Below, one piece after another: positions 54,553 through 64,000 of a stretch of DNA of 64,000 bases. Numbering within the stretch: position 1 is the first letter of the stretch; every line of letters begins with the position of its first letter. The notes below the pieces were generated by a model, which saw only the letters and a list, made by a program, of their open reading frames with translations, was not told the DNA's origin and did no database searches. This DNA comes from Eledone cirrhosa (lineage: Eukaryota). The position numbers were made by a program, and so were the translations under genes. Where the stretch lies: NCBI GenBank assembly GCA_964016885.1, contig OZ024744.1, positions 31,558,001-31,622,000 of the forward strand. Reading direction: 5' to 3'.

Positions 54553-54959
54553 ATACATACAGTGAGTGAATGTGTGTTTGTGTGAGAGAGTGAGAGACAG
54601 ACATACAGAATGACTGACAGACAGACTGACAGACAGATGGACAGGCTGACAGACAAACTGACTGACATAGAGAATGACTATTCTTCCATGAAAATTATCC
54701 CCTAGAACACTAAAATTACTCCTTGAATTTATATGAAATAATTGTTTATTTGATAGGACAGGAGGTGATTTTATTCTGTTTGTTTGTTTCGTTTTTTCCT
54801 TTTGTTTGTTTGTCTTGTCTTTTTCATGGGAGGGGAAACTATTTTTACCCTCGAAAGAAAACATTTATTAAAACAAAAGCAAAAACTCACAAACACAAAA
54901 CAAAAAAGCAAAACCACCCCATTCCACCCTCTATAAATATGGATGAGGCGTTTATGTTT

Positions 54960-55412
54960 GCGTATGTATGTATGTGTGTGTGTGTGTGTATGCGAGTGTG
55001 TGTGAATATGTGAGTGTGTGTATGTGAGTGTATTTATGTATATGTGTGTGTATGTGAGTGTGTGTATGTGAGTGTATGTATGTGTGTATGTGTGTATGGA
55101 GTGTGTGTATGTAAATGTGTGTGTATGTTTGTTTATGTGTGTGTGTGTATGTGAGTGCTTGTATGTATCTGTGTGTGTGTGTGTATGTGAGTGCGTGTGT
55201 ATATGTGAGTGTGTGTATGTACATGTGTGTGTATGTGAGTATATGTATATGTGTGTGTATGTGAGTATATGTATATTTGTGTGTATGTGTGTGTGTGCAT
55301 GTGTGTGCATATATGTGTGTGTATGTGTGAGTGTGTATATGTATATGTGTGTGTATGTGAGTGTGTGTGTATGTGAGTGTGTGTATGCATATGTGTGTGT
55401 ATATGTGTGTGT
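54960..55412. repeat. Degenerate (TG)n/(TGTA)/(TGAG) microsatellite
   Basis: Directly visible. Confidence 0.95.
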
Positions 55413-55494
55413 GCTTGGTAGGGTGGGGAGTACCACATTTAAACGATCTTTATATCTTTTCTCAACCGACAACAACCCATATGTTTATGATGAC

Positions 55495-55729
55495 TTTCTT
55501 ACTTTCTTTTCTTTATTTATACATCTCTCTTTCTTTTTCTTTCTCTTTCTCTCGCTCTATCTCGCTCTTTCCTTCCTTCTCTCCTTTCTTTCTTTCTTCC
55601 TTTATCTCTCTTTCTTTCTTTTCCCTCTCCACACACATTCTCTCTCTCTCACTCTCTCTCTCTCTTTCTTTCTCTTTCTCTCTCGTTTCATTCTTTCTCT
55701 TTCTCTCTCGTTTCATTCTTTCTCTCATT

Positions 55730-55796
<67 letters not shown>

Positions 55797-55851
55797 CTCT
55801 CTTTCTTTCCCCCTCCCCTCATCTCTAACTATGTTTTTCTTTCCTTCTTTC
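55495..55851. repeat. Polypyrimidine (CT)/(TTTC)n tract
   Basis: Directly visible; pure (TTTC)n at ~55728-55795. Confidence 0.95.
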
Positions 55852-56228
55852 TAATAAGTGTTGTCAAATATGACAGCCAGAAGATGTCAGTGAAGTCTAG
55901 TTGTTATGTTGTCAAGAGTTTGTTTGTGAACGGCGTACAGAGGTATACGGGGTGCAGAGAGATGCATAGGATGCAGGGTAGGGTAGGGTAGGGTGAATGC
56001 GGTGATGGGTGGGAACTATGGTTTGAACTGGATTGGTAGGAGGGCAGAGAATTAAAACAAAAACAAAAAATTGCTGGAAGATAATAAATAAATAAAGGAA
56101 TATATAAACAAATAAATACATCTATTAAGTTCAATCTAATGCAAGTGTATATATGTATATATATATATATATATGAGTTATATATTTATTATATATATGT
56201 GTTAGTGTATGTGTGTACACATCCATAC

Positions 56229-56260
<32 letters not shown>

Positions 56261-56573
56261 ATATAATGTTTCTGAAGTTGACGGTAAGATGGATCCAGAA
56301 TATCGAGACTAATAATATATGGTGGCAAAACCACACTATCAATTAGTCAATATATCGATTTATCCTGATCAATTAATCTTTTTGAAACAATCATAAAACA
56401 ATGAACTCATTAATCACCAATTTACGCCTTTTGTTTTAATTGTTCAAACACACACATATGTATGTATATATGTGTGTATGTATGTATGCATGTATATATG
56501 TATGTATGTGTGTGTGTGTATGTGTGCATGTATGTTTGTATGCATGTATGTATGATGTATGTATATATGTAAG

Positions 56574-57600
56574 TATAGATTTGATGATGAAATATCCTTA
56601 AGAATCAAGAAAGTCGGTGAAGTTTTTGGATGGCTGCCTGAACATTTATGATCCAGGCAAGGTATCACTATCGAAACGAAGGTGAAAGTGTATCTGACTT
56701 GTGTCGTCTCCTCTTTGCTTTATGCTTGTGAAACGTGGGTCACATACAGAAAGCACCTCAAGGAACTGGAGAGATTTCACCAACAATCTCTTTGTAAGTT
56801 ACTTGGGGTGCGATGAAAAGTGTTCGTCAGCGATTGGAAGTTCTCGAACAGAGCAGGTGTATGAGTGTAGAGAGCATGATCTTTCGGCATCGGTTGAGGT
56901 GGTGCAGTCACGTGTTTGAATGTCTGATCACCGTATTCCAAAGCAACCTCTCTACGGTGAACTGTGCGAAGGAAGGCGACCACCACACAAACCAAAAATG
57001 CGGTACTGGGACTGTGTCAGGGGCACCTTGGCTTGTCCTGGAATATCATCTGACGAATGGGAGAAAATGGCTGAGGAGCGAGTGAAGTGGAGACGTTTGA
57101 TCAAATCAGGTAGTGAACAGTTTGAAACTTGTCGGAAAGAACACCTAACACTGAAAGAGAAGGTGAGGAAAAGAGACTGTTCTGAACTGCCTGCTGTTGA
57201 GCATCATCTGGTTTGCCAGCACTGTGGTCGAGTCTGCTTAAACAAAACTGGTTTGATTAGACACGAACAAAGTCATATCAGTAGACCTCATTTAGATTAT
57301 GATCTGAAAAGGTGTAAGGAATGTGGCAAGGAGTGTGCTAGCATGGGAGGTCTTAAAAGACAGATAACACAGGCAGAACCAAGCAGTGGAAAGTCCCAGA
57401 ATAGCCTACAAGTGCTCTGCGTTTGCCTGAGGGTGCAAGTCTTTGACTGGTTTAAAGAGCCACATTCATGCCTCACATATTTTAGCATTTTGTCGCGCGA
57501 TGGCAATGCTTGAACATGAGTTTGCAGCCATCATGTTTGTTTGTATGTATGTATATATGTATGTATATATGTATGTATGTATATATTTATGTATGTATAT
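56574..57600 (+). mobile_element. 5'-truncated RTE (BovB-like) LINE with three C-terminal C2H2-type fingers; decayed
   Basis: DDEISLRIKK...TKVKVY...SLLYACETWVTYRKHLKELERFHQQSL...RLRWCSHV..MSDHRIPKQ.LYGEL..G.R....PKMRY.D, then CQHC..GLIRHEQSH, CKEC..GGLKR and a frameshifted CKSLTGLKSH. In-frame stops and frameshifts. 3' stem-loop at 57501-57530 and (TATG)-type tail; preceded by (TATG)-like repeats at 56457-56570. Confidence 0.9.
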
Positions 57601-58578
57601 ATTTATCCGAAATTAATTAAATTAAATTAAATTAAGGTTGTCATGTCCGAGACATGCGCCATATCCACTGTAGAATAAGCTCAAAGATTCCAATGAATAG
57701 ATCCGAGCATTTTATATCAACTAGAAATTGATTGACATATATATATATATTTAAAATAAACACATGAAACAATCACAGGGGATAATTTGTAAAGTGTGTA
57801 ATCACACATAGCTAGGTAGGTAACTAATTAAAGTTTAACTAGAGCTTCAAATATTACCTTTTAAAAAATGATTAATCCTCCTTGTATATATTTCATTAAA
57901 GAAATATATTTCACCAATAATCCGTAAAGTCACTGTAGTCAAATCTTGGATCTTCAGCAAGGAGGAAGAAATAACTATCTGTGTTTACACATCAAATTCA
58001 AATCTGCGAGTGACCCGTCACACGTGTTGCAATTCTAAAACTACTAACAACATGCTAGCGTCTTCCCATGTCTCGGACATGACTCCCTTAATTTAATTTA
58101 ATTTAATTTATTTCGGATATATAAACGGCTCCTTAATTGTAGAGCTAATTCGGTTGAATGGACTCGGCTGCTATTTATAGCTGTCGACCACCCTATTCAC
58201 GACAATAGGAGGACGCTAGCATGTTGTTAGTAGTTTTAGAATTGCAACACGTACGACAGGTCACTCGCAGATTTGAATTTGATGTGTAAACACAGATAGT
58301 TATTTCTTCCCTCTTGCTGAAGATCCAAGATTTAACTACTGTGACTTTACGGATTAATGGTGAAATATATTTCTTTAAGGAGGATTAATCATTTTTAAAA
58401 GGTAATATTTGAAGCTCTAGTTAAACTTTAATTAGTTACCTACCTAGCTGTGTGTGATATAAAATGTTGATATAAAATGCTCGGATCTATTCATTGGAAT
58501 CTTTGAGCTTATTCTACGGTGGATAAGGCGCATGTCTCGGACATGGCTCCCTTACCTAGCTATGTGTGATTACACACT
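57601..58578. mobile_element. Complex inverted-repeat element, possibly a Penelope-like 3' end
   Basis: Inverted pairs ~57802-58063/58212-58459, ~57642-57721/58468-58546 and 57601-57656/58067-58121. Weak GIY-YIG C-terminus-like reading (FPL/LLKI...TLR...EIYFFK) at ~58300-58378. Confidence 0.5.
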
Positions 58579-58611
58579 GTATGTAAATATGTATGCATGT
58601 ATATATGTATG

Positions 58612-59028
58612 TTCTTCTGGTTTTATAATTTCTCAGATTTGTGCCAATAGAGAGAGAGTCGGTTTCTAACATAGACACGAGACTCTCTCATTGGAATTTA
58701 CACAATATCAACTAGGTATGGATGTCATTGTATGTGTGGATGTGGATGTTTTGAGTTGTATGTGTGCATGTGCATATGCTTTGCATCTGTACATGTGTAT
58801 GTGCAGTTATTAGATGCAGAATTTTTGGAATGTTTTACATATTTTTACTGTTCCATTAATGGATTGTACTTGTAGTTTCCTAACTAGTTGTGTTCTTTCT
58901 GTTCCTGTGAAGCCTAGCTTCTCAATATTTGTATTGAGGCAGTTACTAACATATCCCAGTGCCCCAATAATCACAGGCATAAATCTGAAGGTATAGTCAA
59001 TGTGGAGTATTTGGAGATTTCTCATTAT
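58612..59028 (-). mobile_element. 3' end of an R4/Dong-like (restriction-like endonuclease) non-LTR retrotransposon
   Basis: The minus-strand ORF 59025-58810 has PVIIGALG...L..LG...LQ..SI.GT.KI.K.F, the R4-clade C-terminal motif. The 3'UTR has hairpin GAGAGAGTC/GACTCTCTC (~58652-58689). Both ends abut (CATA)/(TATG)-like repeats. Confidence 0.75.
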
Positions 59029-59118
59029 GTACGTACGTATCTATGTATGTATGCATGGATGGATGTATGTATGTAAATATGTTTGTATGGATGTATGTAT
59101 GTCTATGTATATATATAT

Positions 59119-59565
59119 AGCAAAATATGCAACATGTCCCAAACTCCACAAAGAATAACCACCCGCAACACCACTCAACAAAGACCTGGCGAAACAACAT
59201 GCGTGATATGCAACAAAGTGTGTAAAACTAGTTCTGGACTAAAAAGACACGTGGTGGTACATAAAGATTGTGTCCCACAGGGTGACACCATCGGTCCTGT
59301 GGAAAGCAAAACTCTCTTCTGTCACCTGTGTCATAAACCATGTAGATCTACAGTAAAGTCATTTACGGAGTAAAGTCATCTACGGAGTAAAGTCTTCTAC
59401 GGAGTCATGGATGTGGATGGGATGACATTGAAGAATCAATAAGAGACGGCAATTGTCTGTGAAGACGCTACAATCCTCATGTATGTATGTATGTATATAT
59501 GTATGTATATATGTATGTACGTATATATGTATGTACGTATATATGTATGTATACGTATGTATAAT
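59119..59565 (+). mobile_element. Short 3' fragment of an RTE-like LINE with two C2H2 fingers and a (TATG)n tail
   Basis: CVICNKVCKTSSGLKRHVVVH and CHLCHKPCRS..(K)SHLRSH, the latter disrupted by a 17-bp triplication at 59352-59402. Short 3'UTR, then (TATG)-type tail 59479-59565. Confidence 0.75.
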
Positions 59566-60290
59566 GTCAGGTCACCAGTTGGTGCTACTGGTATCATGTA
59601 TCCCAGTACAACCTGTCTCATGGTCGGGTCGTTGGCGACTAAACTGGCAACCCCACCAAGGTTTCTTGGTGAGGAGGGTGACTTTGGACATCCTGCAGGA
59701 CTAAAAACAAAACCTGTCAAAGGGCAAAGGAGCTCTTAAGAGTCAATGGCCATCTAAAATCACCGGGAGAGATGACCCCTTAGCCTTTGTCAAGGCAGAA
59801 TTCTAGGAGAAGGAAAACTCTGATATAACACCTGCAACCCTGATGGTATCCAATGATGTTGACTTGTTCTTCTTTTTGGTAAATATCATCTTGGTTAAGA
59901 GAGTGGGACTGGCTTTGTGCAGTGCCTTTGCTCACTATAAAAGCTTCAGGGCACAGGCATTGCTTTATATCTGTAGATCTCTCTGCACTTGTCGTCACAT
60001 GGTACCATGGGCCCAGCACTATGTGTCAATAATTGTCACAAGTGTAGTGTTTGTACCAGACTTTTCAAGTCGCTGGCTGGACTAAAAAGTCACTCGTTCA
60101 GCGCATCCGTAGGGGTTATCTTACATGGATATAAAGTAGTGGCCATACTCGAAAACGAGTTGGCAGCCACCATGTATATATGTATGTATGTATTTATGTA
60201 TGTACGTATGTATGTATGTATGTATGTATGTATGTATGTATGTATGTATGTATGTATGTATGTATGTATGTATGTATGTATGTATGTTAT
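59566..60290 (+). mobile_element. Bipartite non-autonomous RTE-derived element, copy 2 (606 bp + tail)
   Basis: Aligns end to end with copy 1; 2-bp deletion in the zinc-finger codons. Confidence 0.82.
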
Positions 60291-60935
60291 GTCAGGTCAC
60301 CAGTTGGTGCTACTGGTAACATGTATTACAGTACAACCTGTCTCATGGTCGGGTCGTTGGCGACTCAACTGGCAACCCCAACAAGGTTTCTTGGTGAGGA
60401 AGGTGACTTTGGACACCCTGCAGGACTAAAAACAAAACCTGTCAAAAGGCAAAGGAGCTCTTAAGATCAATGGCCATCCAAATTCACCGGGAGAGATGAC
60501 CCCTTAGCCTTTGTCAAGGCAGAATTCTAGGAGAAGGAAAACTCTGATATAACACCTGCAACCCTGATGGTATCCAATGATGTTGACTTGTTCTTCTTTT
60601 TGGTAAATATCATCTTATTTAAGAGAGTGGAACTGGCTTTGTGCAGTGCCTTTGCTCACTATAAAAGCTTCACGGCACAGGCATTGCTTTATATCTGGAG
60701 ATCTCTCTGCGCTTGTCGTCACATGGTACCATGGGCCCAGCACTATGTGTCAATGATTGTCACAGGTGTAGTGTTTGTACCAGAGTTTTCAAGTCGCTGG
60801 CCGGACTAAAAAGTCACACTCGTTCAGCGCATCGGTAGGGGTTCTCCTACATGGATATAAAGTAGTGGCCGTACTCGAAAACGAGTTGGCAGCCACCATG
60901 TATGTATGTACATATGTATGTATATATGTGTATGT
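60291..60935 (+). mobile_element. Bipartite non-autonomous RTE-derived element, copy 3 (607 bp + tail)
   Basis: Aligns end to end with copies 1 and 2; starts immediately after the tail of copy 2. Confidence 0.82.
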
Positions 60936-61350
60936 TTGCAAGTGAAAGTCTGTTGAACATTCCCAATAGATATGGACACTACACTATGCATAAGCGTATT
61001 TATTCCTTGATTTGTAAAAGAGGCTTCGTGTGTGTTTTTATGTAGTTTTACGGGGTGGGGTGCAATTGTTGTATCAGGATAGCTGAATCTATTCTTGTAG
61101 AGAACCTTGCGACGAGAAATTGACAGTGACTTTAGGATGTCGGATTAACTTGGTCTTAGTCCCTCTGATTCCTCCTCTCTCCTTCCCTCTCTTTTACTCT
61201 CTCGCTCTTTCTCTTTCTCTCTCTCCTCCCCCCTCTCTATGTATATATACATATTATACAAACAGATTAAACTTTAATCTGTTCTTATAATGAATATTTG
61301 CTCTACGGATTTACATATACCCCCCCCCACACACACACACCCCACCCCAC

Positions 61351-61386
<36 letters not shown>

Positions 61387-61565
61387 ACAAAGGAATTGTG
61401 GTAAGAAACCAGATGGACCATAACGAACCAGAGTACTCAATACTTAGGGTAGTAGAGTGGGAAATAGGAAAAAGTATGACCTCGACGGCAGAGCTCAAGT
61501 CGTTTCGACGGAAATAGCCGTCGAAACGGCTTGAGCTCTGCCGTCGGGGTCATACTTTTTCCTAT
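61387..61565. mobile_element. Second fold-back copy of the 51.6-kb Penelope-like pLTR family
   Basis: 61387-61465 matches 51399-51478. Inverted repeat 61464-61511/61518-61565 with loop AAATAG; GAAA(61523)-CGGC-TTGAGCTCT-GCCG-TC. Flanked by (TA)n. Confidence 0.68.
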
Positions 61566-61587
61566 ATATATATATATATACATATAC

Positions 61588-61677
<90 letters not shown>

Positions 61678-61719
61678 ATAACTTTCAATACAACACAATA
61701 GGAGGAAACATGATAGTAA

Positions 61720-61763
61720 TGCCACTGATGATGTTGCAGATGTGCAACGAAAGAACTTTGTTA
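61720..61763 (+). ncRNA. Hammerhead-ribozyme-like motif with degenerate stem I
   Basis: CTGATGA (61725-61731), an extra T, stem II GTTGCA-GATG-TGCAAC, GAAA (61749-61752), then GAAC-TT. Stem I TGCCA/TGTTA is imperfect. Confidence 0.55.
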
Positions 61764-61919
61764 GACTATATATATATATATTTATATCTATATTATATCT
61801 GAATTTTTAACCGTTGGTCAATCAATGATAAACATTGATTGCCAAATAAATTAACTATGGAGATGTAAAAGATACAGAAACGAAAACCAACCAAACAGTG
61901 AGTGTGTTCTTTTATTATT

Positions 61920-61950
<31 letters not shown>

Positions 61951-61974
61951 ATATATAGTGAGTGTGTTCTGTTA

Positions 61975-62047
<73 letters not shown>

Positions 62048-62471
62048 AATGGAAAAAATGAAACGAAATTTCATTGTTTTTCATTTCGTTTCATTTTTTC
62101 CATTAATCGTTTTCGGTGCGCCCGGCCGATTAACTCACTCGATATGCAAATTAGGCTGCTCAGCTGTTAATATGCATAAGGAAAGTATCTACATTCAGAC
62201 GTTCAATCATCTGGCAGGAAGGTATACGTTGCTGACGATAGCTAATAAGCTTGAAACTAATACAACGTTCCTTTGTCAGTGTTGAACAAAAGGGCAACGA
62301 TGGTTGCTAGACACTACGGCTTAATGCGGGATGTTTGTTTACAAACACACCGAGCATTATAATAAATGTTCGGTAAATCCATACGTACATATATATATGT
62401 GTGTGCATGTATGTATATATATATACATACTACTGTACGTCTGTATACATATATGTATGTACGTGTACATA

Positions 62472-62575
<104 letters not shown>

Positions 62576-62844
62576 TGAAGAAATCAGTTGTGTTCCAACC
62601 AAGATTGAGATGGTCTCCACCAAGTATTAAAGTGCCTAGGACACGTCGTACGGCACCCATACGACTCCACCAAAATTCAAGGGATCTTTAGCAAGTCCTT
62701 ATTTAGCGGTCTACATTCGCAGCATTCTTCATGTCTAACGAGGAAAGCCATCTATAACTAGGTATATATATATTTTTTTCTACTTTACAAACACATGCAC
62801 ACACACACACACACAGACAGATATATATATATATGTATATGTAC

Positions 62845-63011
62845 GTGTGCGTGTGTGTGTGCCTTTGGGTGTGTGTGTGTGTGTGTGCCTTTGTTTATAC
62901 ACATACTTTGTTCATTCTGTAAGTTACCGGTTCGACGAAAACGAGATCGTTAACATAGTTAGCTAGATTGATATGATCAATTTTATCAAGACAATGCCCC
63001 AGCATGGTCAC
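62845..63011 (+). mobile_element. Probable degenerate SINE 3' part
   Basis: 'gtaagttaccggttcgacgaaaacgagatcg...tcaagacaatgccccagcatggtcac' after (TG)n resembles a common octopus SINE tail (recalled, unverified). Confidence 0.45.
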
Positions 63012-63073
63012 ACACACACATACACACATACACAAACACAAACACACACACACACACACATACACAAACACAC

Positions 63074-63179
<106 letters not shown>

Positions 63180-63270
63180 AAGGTTAAACAAGGTTCAATG
63201 AATAAATCAAAGAATTAGTTTTACAATAGATTGGAAGCACTCAACATTGTGGGTTTTCCAGAGTTATTAA

Positions 63271-63519
63271 TATTAATTCAAAATATTAACAAAAATAGAC
63301 ATTCGTGTGATCAAGTATATTTTATTATACATATTTCAGAGGTACTGAGCTATCTTCAATGACTGAATCTTAACCATCTTCTATGTCAGCGTATGTCAGC
63401 GTGAATCATCTTATTTTATCTGATGAGGACGTTCTGTTGAAGATAGCTCAGTACTTCTGAAATATATATAATAAAATATACTTGATCACACGAATGTTTA
63501 TTTTTGTTAATATTTTGAA

Positions 63520-63525
<6 letters not shown>
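63271..63525. mobile_element. Fold-back element (89-bp arms), probable Penelope-like pLTR
   Basis: Inverted repeat 63271-63359/63437-63525 with three mismatches; contains a complete hammerhead; followed by (TA)n. Confidence 0.75.
63412..63478 (+). ncRNA. Minimal type I hammerhead ribozyme
   Basis: Stem I TATTTTAT (63412-63419)/ATAAAATA (63471-63478); core CTGATGA (63420-63426); imperfect stem II GGAcGTtCTG...CAGtACtTCT; GAAA (63459-63462); palindromic stem III A-TATATA-T; predicted cleavage after A63470. Confidence 0.75.
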
Positions 63526-63570
<45 letters not shown>

Positions 63571-63860
63571 CCAGGTTTGATGGTCTTTTGTCTCTTGTTC
63601 ACGATTTCACCGAGTTTATATTCATAGAGATCTGGGACTTGTCTATTTCTTCTCACTTTCCGTTGCTTAAACCATTTTGTTTGTTACCCTAACGTCCCCT
63701 TTATTTACGTGTCCCAATGACTTTTTTTAGCCGTTGTTCGCACCAACCTGAGGTATATGGCCCTTAAAGCGATGAAATGCCTGGGACGGTTGGAGGGTCA
63801 CTGATGAAGGACTTACTTTTTCATATGCACCACCATTTGCAACGCGCAGCCATCATTATT

Positions 63861-63861
<1 letters not shown>

Positions 63862-63943
<82 letters not shown>

Positions 63944-63950
63944 ATGTATG
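63862..63950. repeat. (TA)n microsatellite
   Basis: Directly visible; similar (TA)n tracts at 61563-61653, 61979-62047, 63082-63176 and 63523-63568. Confidence 0.97.
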
Positions 63951-64000
63951 AATGTGTTTGTATATAAAATAATCAGGCTGGAACAATGTATCAAGATTGC

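Noticed and set aside
56920-57513. Host C2H2 zinc-finger transcription factor gene
   Set aside because: Continuous with upstream RTE RT-thumb motifs containing stops and frameshifts, and ends in a retroelement stem-loop and tail.
58318-58345. Hammerhead at CTGAAGATCC
   Set aside because: No GAAA or convincing stems in either inverted copy.
63801-63830. Hammerhead at CTGATGAAGGA
   Set aside because: No stem II closure or GAAA downstream.

Overview
Eukaryotic, gene-free repeat DNA. The SINE types and the dense (TA)/(TG)/(TATG) microsatellites resemble an octopus/cephalopod genome; this is an inference from recalled repeat sequences. Bases 1-~50,305 are the right-hand end of a tandem satellite: about 1,000 copies of a 50-bp monomer (consensus GTCATGGCCAACTGAGACRTTGGTAAACCCAGTACTAACTAATGTCCTMT), organised into overlapping multi-kb duplications with periods of 3.0-3.1, 3.6, 3.7, 4.65 and 4.0 kb. 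The last ~13.7 kb is a patchwork of microsatellites and retroelement remnants. These include 5'-truncated RTE-clade LINEs (two with C2H2 zinc fingers), an R4/Dong-like C-terminal fragment and tRNA-derived SINE pieces. There are also three full-length ~607-bp bipartite non-autonomous RTE-derived elements, each sitting directly in a (TATG)n tail. Finally, several fold-back (inverted-repeat) elements carry minimal hammerhead-ribozyme motifs of the Penelope-like pLTR type. One hammerhead is complete (63412-63478), and in three fold-backs the inversion point lies in hammerhead stem II. No intact host gene, rRNA, tRNA gene or CRISPR array is supported, and most ORFs in the supplied track are microsatellite artefacts.
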